From Octopus vulgaris (taxonomy: Eukaryota): a stretch of DNA of 64,000 nucleotides. Of the stretch, positions 29,600-61,232 are shown one piece after another; positions within the stretch are counted from its first letter, which is position 1, and every line of letters starts with the position of its first letter. The notes under the pieces are model-generated. The model was not told the origin of the DNA. It saw only the letters and a list, made by a program, of their open reading frames with translations, and did not search any database. The translations under genes and the position numbers were made by a program. The stretch lies in the NCBI GenBank assembly GCA_951406725.2, contig OX597841.1:1674001-1738000 (forward strand), in the 5' to 3' direction.

Positions 29600-30650
29600 C
29601 CCCACTCTTTCCTTCGAAAAGTACAGTCTATCGGTATTAGTCTAAGACTGATACCGATAGACTGCTCCGTCTACTGTCAGCATTTTCTGGTTTTGGTACC
29701 CATTTTCTTCAATTCTCTCTTTTGCTATTTTATCATTCCCGCTACATACCGAAGTGATGCTATCACCCACGTATTAACACCTTAGTTTTTATTCCATCCG
29801 GTTAATTCTGAGTGCAACACCAGCCTCAGTCTTCGGAAATACTTCTTCATCATTTGCTCTTTCATTTCTTTCTCCATTATCTCATTGAACTCTAGTACAC
29901 CAAGGTACCTGTAACCCTCTCTTTCAATTTGTTTAATCAAGTCTCTGTTCGGTAATTCTTTTTTACTCTAGATACGAGGACCGAAATTTTGGGGGACGGG
30001 GTCAGTCGATTAGATCGACCCCAGAACGCAACTTAATTTATCTACACCACACTTCTTCCTAACTTTTTCCACTGTTTATTCATTCTTAAGTTCTCCCTTT
30101 CTTTTCCTGACAAGTATTGACCCTAAACTACTAAAGGATTTATATCTTCAGAAATTCATTTTTCCCACCACGGTTGTTTATTTCCTCTTCTATCCGCCGA
30201 TATTCAGTAGTTCTCAATCCCATCCTTTCCGCCACAATCCCACTTGCAGCCTTGATAAGATTATTAATTTGCGTGATGTTTTTTTTGTTTCTCAATACAT
30301 TATTGTGCATATAATGTGTCTCAATATGTCTCAATACGTTAATGACTTTTACTCGTCTCTTGATTTAGTCTCCACTGGTTAGCCTTCTTAAACTCGCACA
30401 TAAATTCTACCCCTTCTGTATTTCATAAATACAAAATTCTGTCTAAATAGTCACTGATCTCAATTCTTTCACAATCCACGGTAGTATATTCTTGCGACCA
30501 ATTGTCCATCTCTTCCACTGTACAACTTTCGTTTCTCGCTTGCCCAGCATCACCCGATATCCTTCTTTTAATAGCTTCTAGCTCCAATTTTGTTAACCAT
30601 CCATTCTTGCTTGGTATTGCTCTTGCTTGGTCACATAATATCTGTTCATA
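29600..30650 (-). mobile_element. Degenerate R4-like element pieces (duplicate of the 22135 element, internally deleted)
   Basis: 30040-30650 mirrors 22135-22745; 29600-29955 encodes EGYRYLGVLE...KKYFRRLRLVL. Confidence 0.7.
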
Positions 30651-30677
30651 TTATTATTATTATTATTATTATTTCAG

Positions 30678-49746
<19,069 letters not shown>

Positions 49747-50957
49747 CTAAGCAACCGAAATATCTGTTTTATACGACGTGACCACACGGCTTCTGTCAAC
49801 CAAATCCACTCACAAATAATTACTTTTATGATAAAACCCGGGACTATAAGTAGAAAACTCTTGTCCTGGGTGCTGCACAGTAGGATTGAACTCGAAAGCA
49901 CATGGTTGCAAAGCAAGCTTCTTAACCACACAACCACGTCTGCATCTGTGAGTGTGCGTGTATGTATGTGCATGTGTATGTGTGCATGTGTATGTGTGTG
50001 CGTGAGTACATACAGCGTGTCCCAGTATTAATTATCTATTTCAGTGAAATCGGACAGTTTCATCAGAAACTCGCATTTATTTATGTTTGGCTTGTTTAAT
50101 ATCCGTTAAAAATTTATAAGTATTTTATTTTGTCTATAATTTTATAATTGTGTTTTTTATAATTTTATTTTCATTTCTGTTGGATTCCGATTGTTTGGTC
50201 ACTACTTTTACTTTCGCTGAAATCATTTTCTCTTCCTCCACCCGGAGAATGGAACAATAGTTTGGCTGAATTTAAAGAATGCATTCAGTTAGCATTGCAG
50301 GGCATAATTCTTACAATGCTTCCAAATGGGATTCGTAATGCCGAGGATATATTTGAAATTTGCAGGGATACAGACGAAGCAAATGTCGAAAATTTTCAAT
50401 AAAATTTTGATGTAAGATTTATAAATTGATTTGTTTGGGTATCCTAATTAATTAATGAACGTAAAATTGTGTCAGTTTTTCGTTTTACATTTGCGCGTTT
50501 TCCATAAAAAATAGAAAGTTAATTCTGGGACACCCTGTTTATGATACTCCTGCTTATGTGTGTGTCTATATATTCATATATTCTTTAACTCTCTCTTTAC
50601 ACAATTTATTTTACTTTATTAATCAATTATTTATTGAACTGCTCAACAGGCAAAGACATTTGAAAACAATATTCATAATCCACGTAACTATGTAAGTTTT
50701 TTTAAAATTTCTTCTAGAACAATCCGTTGATAATGAAATTCATCATTTCAGTCGGTCTGTATATAAATGTAAACACCTCACCCACCCACGCAATTTGGAA
50801 CCCGTTTGGTAAGTTTGATAAGTGTCAATGCACGAAACACTGAGTCACGTTGTAACTTTTGGCGATTAAATAAAAAAAAAATGTATTTATATACACACTT
50901 GTTTTCAGTTCAATTTTCTTGTTCATGTGTGGAGGAAAGATGAGTGACCGGGGAGGA

Positions 50958-51265
50958 CAAAATTCCGCTGAGGACGACTTTGCATTTCATCCTTTCGGGG
51001 TCGATTATATAAGTACCAGTTACGCACTGGTGTCGATATAATCGACTTCATCCGTTTGTCTGTCCTTGTTTGTCCTCTCTGTGTTTAGCCCTTTGTGGGT
51101 AGTAAAGAAATAGGTATTTCGTCTGCCGTTACGTTCTGAGCTCAAATTCCGCCGAGGATGACGTTGCCTTTCATCCTTTCGGGGTCGATTAAATAAGTAC
51201 CAGTTACGCACTGGGGTCGATATAATTGACTTCATCTGTTTATCTGTCCTTGTTTGTCCTCTCTG
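50958..51265 (+). mobile_element. Two tandem SINE copies at the end of the 2.4-kb duplication
   Basis: Repeated AAATTCCGC...TTTCATCCTTTCGGGGTCGATT...TACCAGTTACGCACTGG. Confidence 0.75.
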
Positions 51266-51289
51266 TGATACAACACTACTGTGGCCATC

Positions 51290-51945
51290 ATAAAGATTAC
51301 CAACTGGAAAGGACTTCAAACAAGCAGGCCTTACAATGAATTGCATGAAAACAAAATAGATGCGGGTCGACAAAGCCGTAAAAGTTATGTGGAGAGAGGA
51401 AATTGAGGAAATAAAGTAACAGCTTCCCTTATGGGACATAGTGAATATGCGTGGAGACATGGATGCTAAAATCCCGAAGAGAATAAGAATAGAACAGACC
51501 AGAGTTACCTTAAAAATGGATGTTGAAAACAAAGCTGTACAAAACCCTCCGTGCCAGACACTTCAATAGCATTCTCCTATCTGTGCACCTATATGCACGT
51601 GAGGCAAGGGCTACCACGAAGAGGGAACAACATCGATTGATTACGACGCAAAGGCACAGGGGAAAGTCCACGCTAGGATTATATCTAAGAGAATATATGA
51701 GAAATGAGAAAATTCCAGAACAGAGTGGTGTGAATGACGTGATTGTAGAATACCGGAAGCAAAATTTCCGTTGGGCTTTACGTGATTCAAGGGTTACAGC
51801 AGAGGAAGGGTGGAGTCCTGAAGATTTTGAGTGATGTTTAAGAGATGGGATGATGGCCAAGATGGACAAGAATGGTGCCATAAAAACATGGAAGTACATT
51901 GTGACCAGTGATGTATAACAACATCTAATAATCTGGTCGATAGAG
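51290..51945 (+). mobile_element. Degenerate RTE-like LINE 3' fragment
   Basis: RARHFNSILLSVHLYARE...LGLYLREYMRNEKIPEQSGVNDVI...RWA resembles an RTE post-RT region. Confidence 0.6.
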
Positions 51946-51995
51946 TCATATATATATATATATATATATACATACATATATATATATATATACAC

Positions 51996-52084
<89 letters not shown>

Positions 52085-52492
52085 ATCCAAACAAGAAAAC
52101 ACAAAAAAACACAGCAACGCGAGGACGTGGAACAAATATAGTATTATTGGACGCTCAGGAAAGAAGGGAAGAAGGAGGGTTTAACGTTTCAAGCGGAGCT
52201 CTTCGTCGGAAACATAGAAGGAAAGATCCAGAGAAGGGAAGACAGAGGGGAAAAAAATCGCCAACGGTACACACGAGGTCACACATATATATAGATCGGA
52301 ATTCAGTAAGAAAATGTATAAAGATATAAAGGAAGAAGGAAACCTTCTGACACGCACACGCAGAACCACAAAAATTCACACACACATATATGAGATAGTA
52401 TATGTAAATTAGAAATATAAGCATATAGGTGTACATGCATATACACGCACATACATACACACACGGACGCGCACACATACATATTTTAGTAT

Positions 52493-52575
<83 letters not shown>

Positions 52576-52928
52576 AGGTTTCTTTCTTTCTTTCTTTCTT
52601 ATTTGTTTATACATTTATTTACTTATGTATATTGCCAAATTGTACGGGAAGATTGTTTGAAAAATATGAATCAATTCCTCGACATTATGGTTTTAAAATT
52701 CGATCTAGAATAATTGAGAGGGAAATAGAATTTTCACCTGCTGAATAAAGCCACAGCTCTTCGACCTGTATCTAGTTTGATAAGTGCCAACTCACGAAAC
52801 TCTCAGCCATTCAGCAACTGTTTTGCTTCTGATAAGTATTGATAAACAAATACAAATATTCAATATTTTGTGTACTACTTTTCCTGTTTGCATCACGACA
52901 CCTATTTATACTTGTGTGTGTATGTGTG

Positions 52929-53007
<79 letters not shown>

Positions 53008-53819
53008 CTGCAAGCGTTCCTTTAAAAGGTTTGCATGTTTATTTCACATGAAATGAATAAAGTTATCTTTCAAAGCCAACCAACAATGATAAAAATTGAT
53101 TGTGTTCGGTGCAGAAGTATGGACGTGTCGCCGTTGCCTCATCTACGTTGCCGGGTTTCAAGGCCTTTCTACATTGGAAATCTAGGGTATAGCCACGTTA
53201 CCTGTTCAGCTTTTATATCTCTACCACTTACACAAACACATCCACTCCATCACCAGGTAATAATACTAAAATGTCACCATCACAAAACACCACAGCAACG
53301 ACATTAATCGACATCGGAACGATCCAATCACTGCTCAGCCCTATGTTCTGTGTGTTTATTGAAGCGCATAACTCTACTGAAGGACTTCTTTCCTTCATAG
53401 CAATCAAAGAATAAGTATTGAAATGCATTACAACCCTTTTAAGGGTTTCATATCAAATTGTTACCGCTGTGGGAACCACAAGAAGCCCTTTTCGGGGCTA
53501 TTCACCCATGATAGTTACACCATCTAAAAACGCATTAAAACCCTTCTCTGGACTTCGTCTCAAACCGTTACTCCTTGGTCTTCAGCACTTACCGGCGATA
53601 AATTTTGTTACAATTTGCGACAATATTTTTTTGTTATTGTTATAATTTTGTTACAATAAGTGACCAGTTTTGTTACGATTTGGTGTTAACACTATTTCTA
53701 ACATAGAAAATTTACTAAGTATCAAAAACATTGTCGTATCTGAATCCCGAGCATTGGCCAGGTATTTCTGCTAGTTTTTCATAAAATGCTGGGAAAAAAA
53801 TATTTAAACATGTCAAAAA

Positions 53820-53897
53820 TAAATTGTTAAAATTGATTTTGTATTGGTTCGGATTTATGTTATCGTTGCATCATCTTTCACCTCAGTGAAAGTAAGT
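53820..53897 (+). promoter_or_regulatory. Putative non-coding first exon end of paralog E (CCTCAGTGAAA|GTAAGT after 53891)
   Basis: Homology of the donor and first about 100 intron bases to 5915-6020; 5' boundary unknown. Confidence 0.5.
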
Positions 53898-54241
53898 GTT
53901 TAATTTTTTTCTATCGCATTCCGTTTTGTCTGTGTGACTATATATTATGATTAGGGGCTGTAGGAATTAAGATGTTCTAGTTTGTGTGTGTGCGTTGTGA
54001 AGTGACCAAGAGTTTGTGGTGATCTTCAAACACCAGATCAACTCTTACCCAATAGAGCTATGACTTAAAGTAATCCAAATGTGGCCATCTCACATTAAGA
54101 CAATGTATTTGTGGCTACATCAACCTTTTTTTTTTCTGTTACAGTTGTTTAGTAATTGGTCATAACTAATCGAGGAAACTTATGGACGAATATTCCAGCT
54201 GCGACTAACCTGTCTTTACACACAAACACACACAAACACCC

Positions 54242-54242
<1 letters not shown>

Positions 54243-54326
<84 letters not shown>

Positions 54327-54330
54327 TAGA

Positions 54331-54426
<96 letters not shown>

Positions 54427-54451
54427 CAGACAGGGAGACAGACAGACAGAC

Positions 54452-54520
<69 letters not shown>
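54243..54520. repeat. (GATA/GACA)n microsatellite
   Basis: Directly visible. Confidence 0.95.
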
Positions 54521-54521
<1 letters not shown>

Positions 54522-55888
54522 TGCTTGGTTTGCTTGAAGATATCGGGGTAGCGGCTTTCCTTACTTCGGGCGGAGAACAACTATCTTCAAGGCATTATCG
54601 TGATGGCTCCTTACGTTTAAATCAACTGATTGGCTGTTCTAATTACCAATAGATCGCCCCTTACCTCGATGTGCTTGGCTTTACTCAGCAACCCTTCCAC
54701 TTTAAATTTTAAAAAAAGACAACTAAAAGATGTTAACATCTCATAATCGATTATTTGAATTACGGTTGGCTGAGTGTGAGAAACTATAGAGCTGCATTTA
54801 TAAGCCTTGCTATTGTTCCAACGAGAAGACAAAGTTACAACCACATACACCGCATACAAGGATACAACGGGCTTCCACACAATCTCCGTCTACTGAATTC
54901 ACTGACGAAGTATTTAAAGGCTTGCTACAATAGTAAGAAGACTGAACCCGAAACTACATGGTTGCACCGCAAGCCTCTTAACCCAACAGCTGAGCCTGCA
55001 CCTCAGTCCCTCATTAATGACCATGGATGAAGGCCGTAACTTCCCGCCCTATCGGGTCGCCTGCGTCTGAACAATCCTCTGCGCAAATGGCAGTCTCTGC
55101 CACGTAAGCTGCATTTGTAGGCTGTCTCTATGTTGTTTGTATTGTTATGTTCTTACTCTCCGGTGTGTTGTCCGGTTCTATCTTTCTAGTGCAGAGTGTT
55201 CGATATGTCCCAAGCCAGGGCCGTTTGGTAATGAGGACAGGTGGTTGCCCATATAGTGTGTCCCTTATTTCAATGCCACTAATTGACCCACAGAAATAGA
55301 ACGGAACCCTACAATTTATTATCAGCGTCGTCGCAGGATTTGCGAGGTTTTTCAGGTTGTAGACAGTGTCAAACTGCCTCAGCGTCTCTGATTCCCGATT
55401 TTTCCTCAGTATTTGCACCCGAACACTTACCCATGGTTGGGTATTTTGGCAAGTTAACGGAAGTTTGGAATCAGGCTTTTCCTTCACTTCGATGAGTTGT
55501 CCCGCCAACACCACCACAAGGCTAATAATCGCCAACACATCGATCGAATTACAAACTGACCCTTAATTAGGTCCTTGACAAATAAGTCAACTGCGGGTCA
55601 CAGTAGACCTTGGAACAATGCTAGCTAACCAGTGATTCCAAACTCATCAAATCCCACGCTATCTCCAACCACGGCCCACTATTGGAAACAGTTTAAAACT
55701 CATATCTAAGACCTGTGTCTTAACCAATCACTATAATTTAATTAAAACTTTCTCTTCTAAACTGTAATTTATTCATGTTTTATTTTCTTTTCCAAATATC
55801 CTTCCTCTCACAAACATTTTCCATCTTCTCATTTCATCTCTCTCTCTCTTCTTTTTCAGGATATCTCTCTGTTATTCTCTAACTCTTT

Positions 55889-55940
<52 letters not shown>

Positions 55941-56087
55941 TTCTGTTCCCCGTTCTCTACCTATATAATAAATTTCACTTTGTCTTTTTTGCCGAATCTC
56001 TTCCAATCTCTCCCATCCACTTTCTTTCTCTCTTTCAGGCCATTCCTTTCCACCCTCTGTCTCCCTCTCGTAATCTTAGAGCCAAGA

Positions 56088-56753
56088 ATGTCCCTGTTTC
56101 CTTTCACCCGTCCGGTTGTGACAACAGTGCTGCTGTTAACCCTTACAACAATTCTGACTGTTACCCAGGATCAAGAATTTGATGAAGCTTACTACAAACC
56201 TTTGCCTCCTGGCTATTCTTTTGGTTACCTTCAGACAAATACAGTGCAACGATTCTATTATAGACAAAGTCTACAGGAAAGTGCCTTCTATGCTCTAAAC
56301 AGCCAATCGGAATTCTTTACTTACAACGAAGTCAGCCATGTTTGTAAGAATTACTCACCGAAAAATATAATGACAGTCGTCAGCACGAATGACACCAACG
56401 AGTCTTCCTTCTATAGAAGTAAGTGAATCTTTTTAATTATTACTGTTGGTATTGCTTTTTTTTTTTTAGTTTCTGCAGTTGGATAAATGTACCAAGTGAA
56501 GACTGAGGCCAATGTAATCTACTTACACCTCTACCGTCGGAATTGCTGGCCTTGTGCCAAAATGTAAAATCAATATTATTGTTTGTGCTGCTGTTGATCT
56601 TGTTTTTGTTGCTGTTGTTGTTGTTGCTGTTGCTGTGGAACCTCTTTGCCTTTGCTTTCAATGTCTCTGACATCTACTTGTCTTAACTTCACAACCGGGT
56701 GCATTTTAAAATCATACTCAGAAGTGATCCTTTGCCCTTGAGGCATATAAATG

Positions 56754-56786
<33 letters not shown>

Positions 56787-56811
56787 CCACCACCACCACC
56801 ACCGCCACCAC

Positions 56812-56859
<48 letters not shown>

Positions 56860-57686
56860 TATTATATGTTTGACTTTTGCTTTACATTTGTACAAATTGG
56901 ATCCAAGACTCACCCAGAGACCTCAAGAGACAACAAGTTGGGAGTTCATGTTGGTGTTATGCCTAGGGTGCCATTATTTTTGGTTTTGTACATAGTGTTG
57001 TACTAGAGAATGTCTAAAAAACCATACGAAAATTATGTTTGTTTTAAAATTTGAGATTACATAGAAATTATTTTGCGTAGGATATGAGCAGTTCCCATGA
57101 GCACTATCTTTTGAATTTCTGCCATTTTGGGGTTTCCTGGTATCTGAGTTAGGTAGCAATCAGCCCCTTTTGCTATCATTCCCAGAGCACCTATGACAAC
57201 AGGTATTGCTTTAGTCTTCAGGTTCCACATTTTACTGATTTCTATTTCAAGATCTTTATATTTGCTCAGTTTTTGGTAGGTCTTGACAGATACATTTATA
57301 TCCACTGGGACAGTCATATCAATGAGGAGGCCTGCTTTTTGTCTGAAGTCTTTCAATATAATATCTGGCCTATTTGCATCTATCTTTCTGTCAGTTTGAA
57401 TGGTGAAGTTCCAGAGGAGTGAGATGTGGTCATTTCTGGAGGTGGCTTGTGTTCCCATCACTTTTTATCATGGGGCAAGTCCAGGTTTTTTCAAATTACC
57501 CAGTGAATATATTGTGCAGCTCTATCATGTCTGTTGAGATACTTTGTAGGCGCAAGAAGACTGCACTTGGAGACAACACGATCAATGGTTTCATTTTATT
57601 GTTGACATACACGACATGTTCGGCTACTGCCGTTCTTTAATATGTTGGCCTAGTAGCTCCTTGTAGGTAGGCATTGATCTTGAGTA

Positions 57687-57764
<78 letters not shown>

Positions 57765-60700
57765 TCAGAAAGAAAATGGATCAAAGCATATTCCCTATCA
57801 ATGGGAGCTGGTTCGTTAGTCTATAATTCATTTATGAATATAGGAAGTCCTTCAACCTGGAAAGTAGAGAAATGCGTCGATAACTTTTGTCCTAACTTCT
57901 TCCGAAATCCTATTCTCGACTTCTGGAGCGATCTTTCCATCGAGGAGGTACGTGCACAAACGATTTTTATGCACATTCATTTACACAAACATAGAATTAA
58001 GTTGGCATAAAGTTATCCATTTTATGAGAGGTGAGAATCTATTAGATTACTTATTTTATTGATTTTTAAAAGACAAAGTATACCTTGACTGTATTAAAAC
58101 TCAGAACGTCAGGGCACATTAAGAAGTACTGATTGCTATAAACTATTATGTTCACAAGTTTATTGGCACCGCGATCTAAAAACGTTCATAATATATTTGC
58201 GCTATCTTGCACACACACATACATACATACATACATACATACATACATACATACAGACAGACAGACAGACAGACAGACACATAATGATATATATGTGTGG
58301 TTTCAATAAACGTTAATACATATAAAGATGGAATGAACAGCTTTTATTACTAATCACTAATCACTACAATTGTTTCTGCTCATCATTTTCAGCACGTAAT
58401 TGCTGAATGCATACATTGTACACACTATTGCATAAATATGATTAAAAAATAGCTGAATTTATGCACGTCTTCGGGTGAGTAGAGTCCAAAGCACTGCTAG
58501 ATCATCCTTAGTACATCTTTGTTTTACGCCTATAGCATAATGTTATTTTTAATATTCCATTGCCAAGAAGAACACGGAAGGGCAAGGATATAGAAATTAG
58601 GAAAAATACCTAAAATATTTCAATGTAAGTACCTCTCTTGCAGCAGTTTTTCAATGTTCAGCGTGCAGATACTCCAATGTTCACTATCTTAGAGTCAAAA
58701 ATAGAGGTCAATATTTCTCTTATATTCTTATTCCGTCCAAAGGCTACAATAGGAGGCTGCGGAAATATCTGTTTGAAACGAGGATATTTTATCGCCACAT
58801 GCTGGTAACTTTTATGCAACACTTTTGAAATGCCAGCGAAATTTTGGCGCCAGATAATCACTAAAAGAATTCTGTTATCTATTATATTGTGTTTGCTAAA
58901 CTTATGCGTGAAGGTTTGACTATGTTTGCTAATCTTAGCTATTTCATTTGCTATTTCCTTCAATCGTGATTCACTGTAACCACGTCTAAAATAATGATGT
59001 ACAAAAGCATTTGCATATTTCCAGTAATCCCCTATGTCAGTACAAATCTGTTTTATCCTCAAAAGTTGGGATTTCGGATTTGACTGAATAATATGATGTG
59101 GAAGATTGGGGCGGCGGTGGAAATAAATGTGGGACGACATGAGTTTGCAAAATAACTCACAATTCTGCCTCCAGAAAACTTCACATTTGTGTCCAAAGAT
59201 TCAATGCTAGTTTTTGGAAAACTAGACGTAAATTTTATGTTGGGCTGAAAGCCATAGTTTTTAGCGTAACAGTCACAGAGATTCAAGAAGTCCATTAAGC
59301 TATCCTGTGATCCTTCCCGGACAAAAAAATATGTCAACAATGAACCGTAACCAGAGTATTGGTTCATGACCATGAAGAGATTTGAATGTCATCAGTAACC
59401 GCGTCGCGAATTTCGTCATGAAGATGTTAGCGAAATTAGCTACCATGGGGGTACCCAGGGCGCAACCCTTTGTCTGGTGGTAAAATCTTTTGTTTAAACT
59501 TCAGTGTGTTACTTTGTAACAGAAACCTCAATAATCTACAGAGAAAATTTGATTGAATACTTTTGTTTGACTGCTTTTCGAAGGCATCCATAATAATAAT
59601 AATAATAATAATAATAAATGCCCTGATGCAGTACCAGGCAGTGGCTCTCATGGCTTCTCATCTTAACTGATTGGAAGTGTTATCATGTACATTGTTTTGT
59701 CTTGGTATAAAAGATGGGCTACAGTAAATATTCTGCTCAATACCACAGATATGCTTGTCAGTTGTTTGACCTTAACCAGTTGAGCATGTCCCTTGGTGGC
59801 TGACGATATGTGCATCTCTGATCACGAGCAGAAGTAGTGGGGGAGCATCATAGCCATGTGTTGAGAGGGATTCTTTGGGGTTTGAATAATTCACCTTTGG
59901 AAACATGGGTGTTTTGTTCAACATCCTTAAACAACCCTTATTCAGGGACCTTTTGAGTGGGATGGGCTACTCGACCTGAAGAAAATTCTAACTGGGCCCC
60001 CACCTGCAAGGTCATGTGCTGTTTGTTTTGATATGAGATCACCATGTTGCACACACATGGTTGTGATGCATGTGCCTGGTGTACCCTTATCAGACGGGTA
60101 GTCATGATGGGTATACTAGGCTTCGTATATTTTACCCCAGTGTCACTTTGATGGCATGCACTACTCTCTCACTCAATAATAATAATAATAATAATTCAAG
60201 CTTTTCTTTAGGTGAAACTAGTGATTTATAAAAACCAAACAGCTGTAGTTGATATGGTGTTTGATGGACGAAATACAACCCTTGAAAGCTGGTTCTCTCC
60301 AGAAAAGTTGATAAGTTCTCCTTGGTCCGATCTATTTGACCACTCTCACAATTCCTTCTCAATTAGAGGAGCGTTGTAAGTAATTTTTATCACTGTTTAT
60401 TTTTTGTTATCCTGCTGGGGTCTATAAATAAAGTACCCGTGAAGTACAGTGTCTATATAATCAACTACATACACTTCGCCTATATTTCTATCGTTGCAAT
60501 AAATATTACCAGTTTAATCGCGTAATTAATTTTATTAATTAATGTCTACCTGCAAAGTCTGAGGTTTAACTTCCTTGTATTATATTATAGTAAGTCATCG
60601 AATATCGTTCGCGAATAAACTACCAACAACTAAGCGCACACAAGCACACACACATGCGTATTCATATACATACATACACAAATGTGTCCAGCAATGAAAT

Positions 60701-61192
60701 CGCTAGTTCTAGTGGTCAGGATGTCCAGCTGGTGATTATAAATTCGTGGTTTCAATTGCATGCTACTAATTCGTTGGGCAGTAATTTCACAGGAATCAAG
60801 CAAGTGAATACTCAGTCATCTTCGAAACAGACCGAGATCCATTTACTTATGAACATGTCTGACAACATTTGTATGATTCTCTTTCCTCTTCTGCTTCTTC
60901 TTATCTGTACAGTGTTTATCTGCCTATCTGTCTAATGTATCAGCGAGCAGTGTCGGTTCGAACTTGGAAACTTCACAATTACGTAGTTACTCTTTACTCT
61001 TTTACTTGTTTCAGTCATTTGACTGCAGCCATGCTGGAGCAACGCCTTTAATCGAGCAACTCGACCCCAGGACTTATTCTTTTTGTAAGCCCAGTACTTA
61101 TTCTATCGGCCTCTTTTGCCGAACCGCTAAGTAACGGGGACATAAACACACCAGCATCGGTTGTCAAGCAATGCTAGGGGATCAAACACAGA

Positions 61193-61232
<40 letters not shown>

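Noticed and set aside
55980-56087. Longer N-termini in the ORF track for exon 1 (also 12551-12766 and 25064-25171)
   Set aside because: Non-ATG starts in the pyrimidine-rich intron end; the conserved AG acceptor and ATG lie downstream
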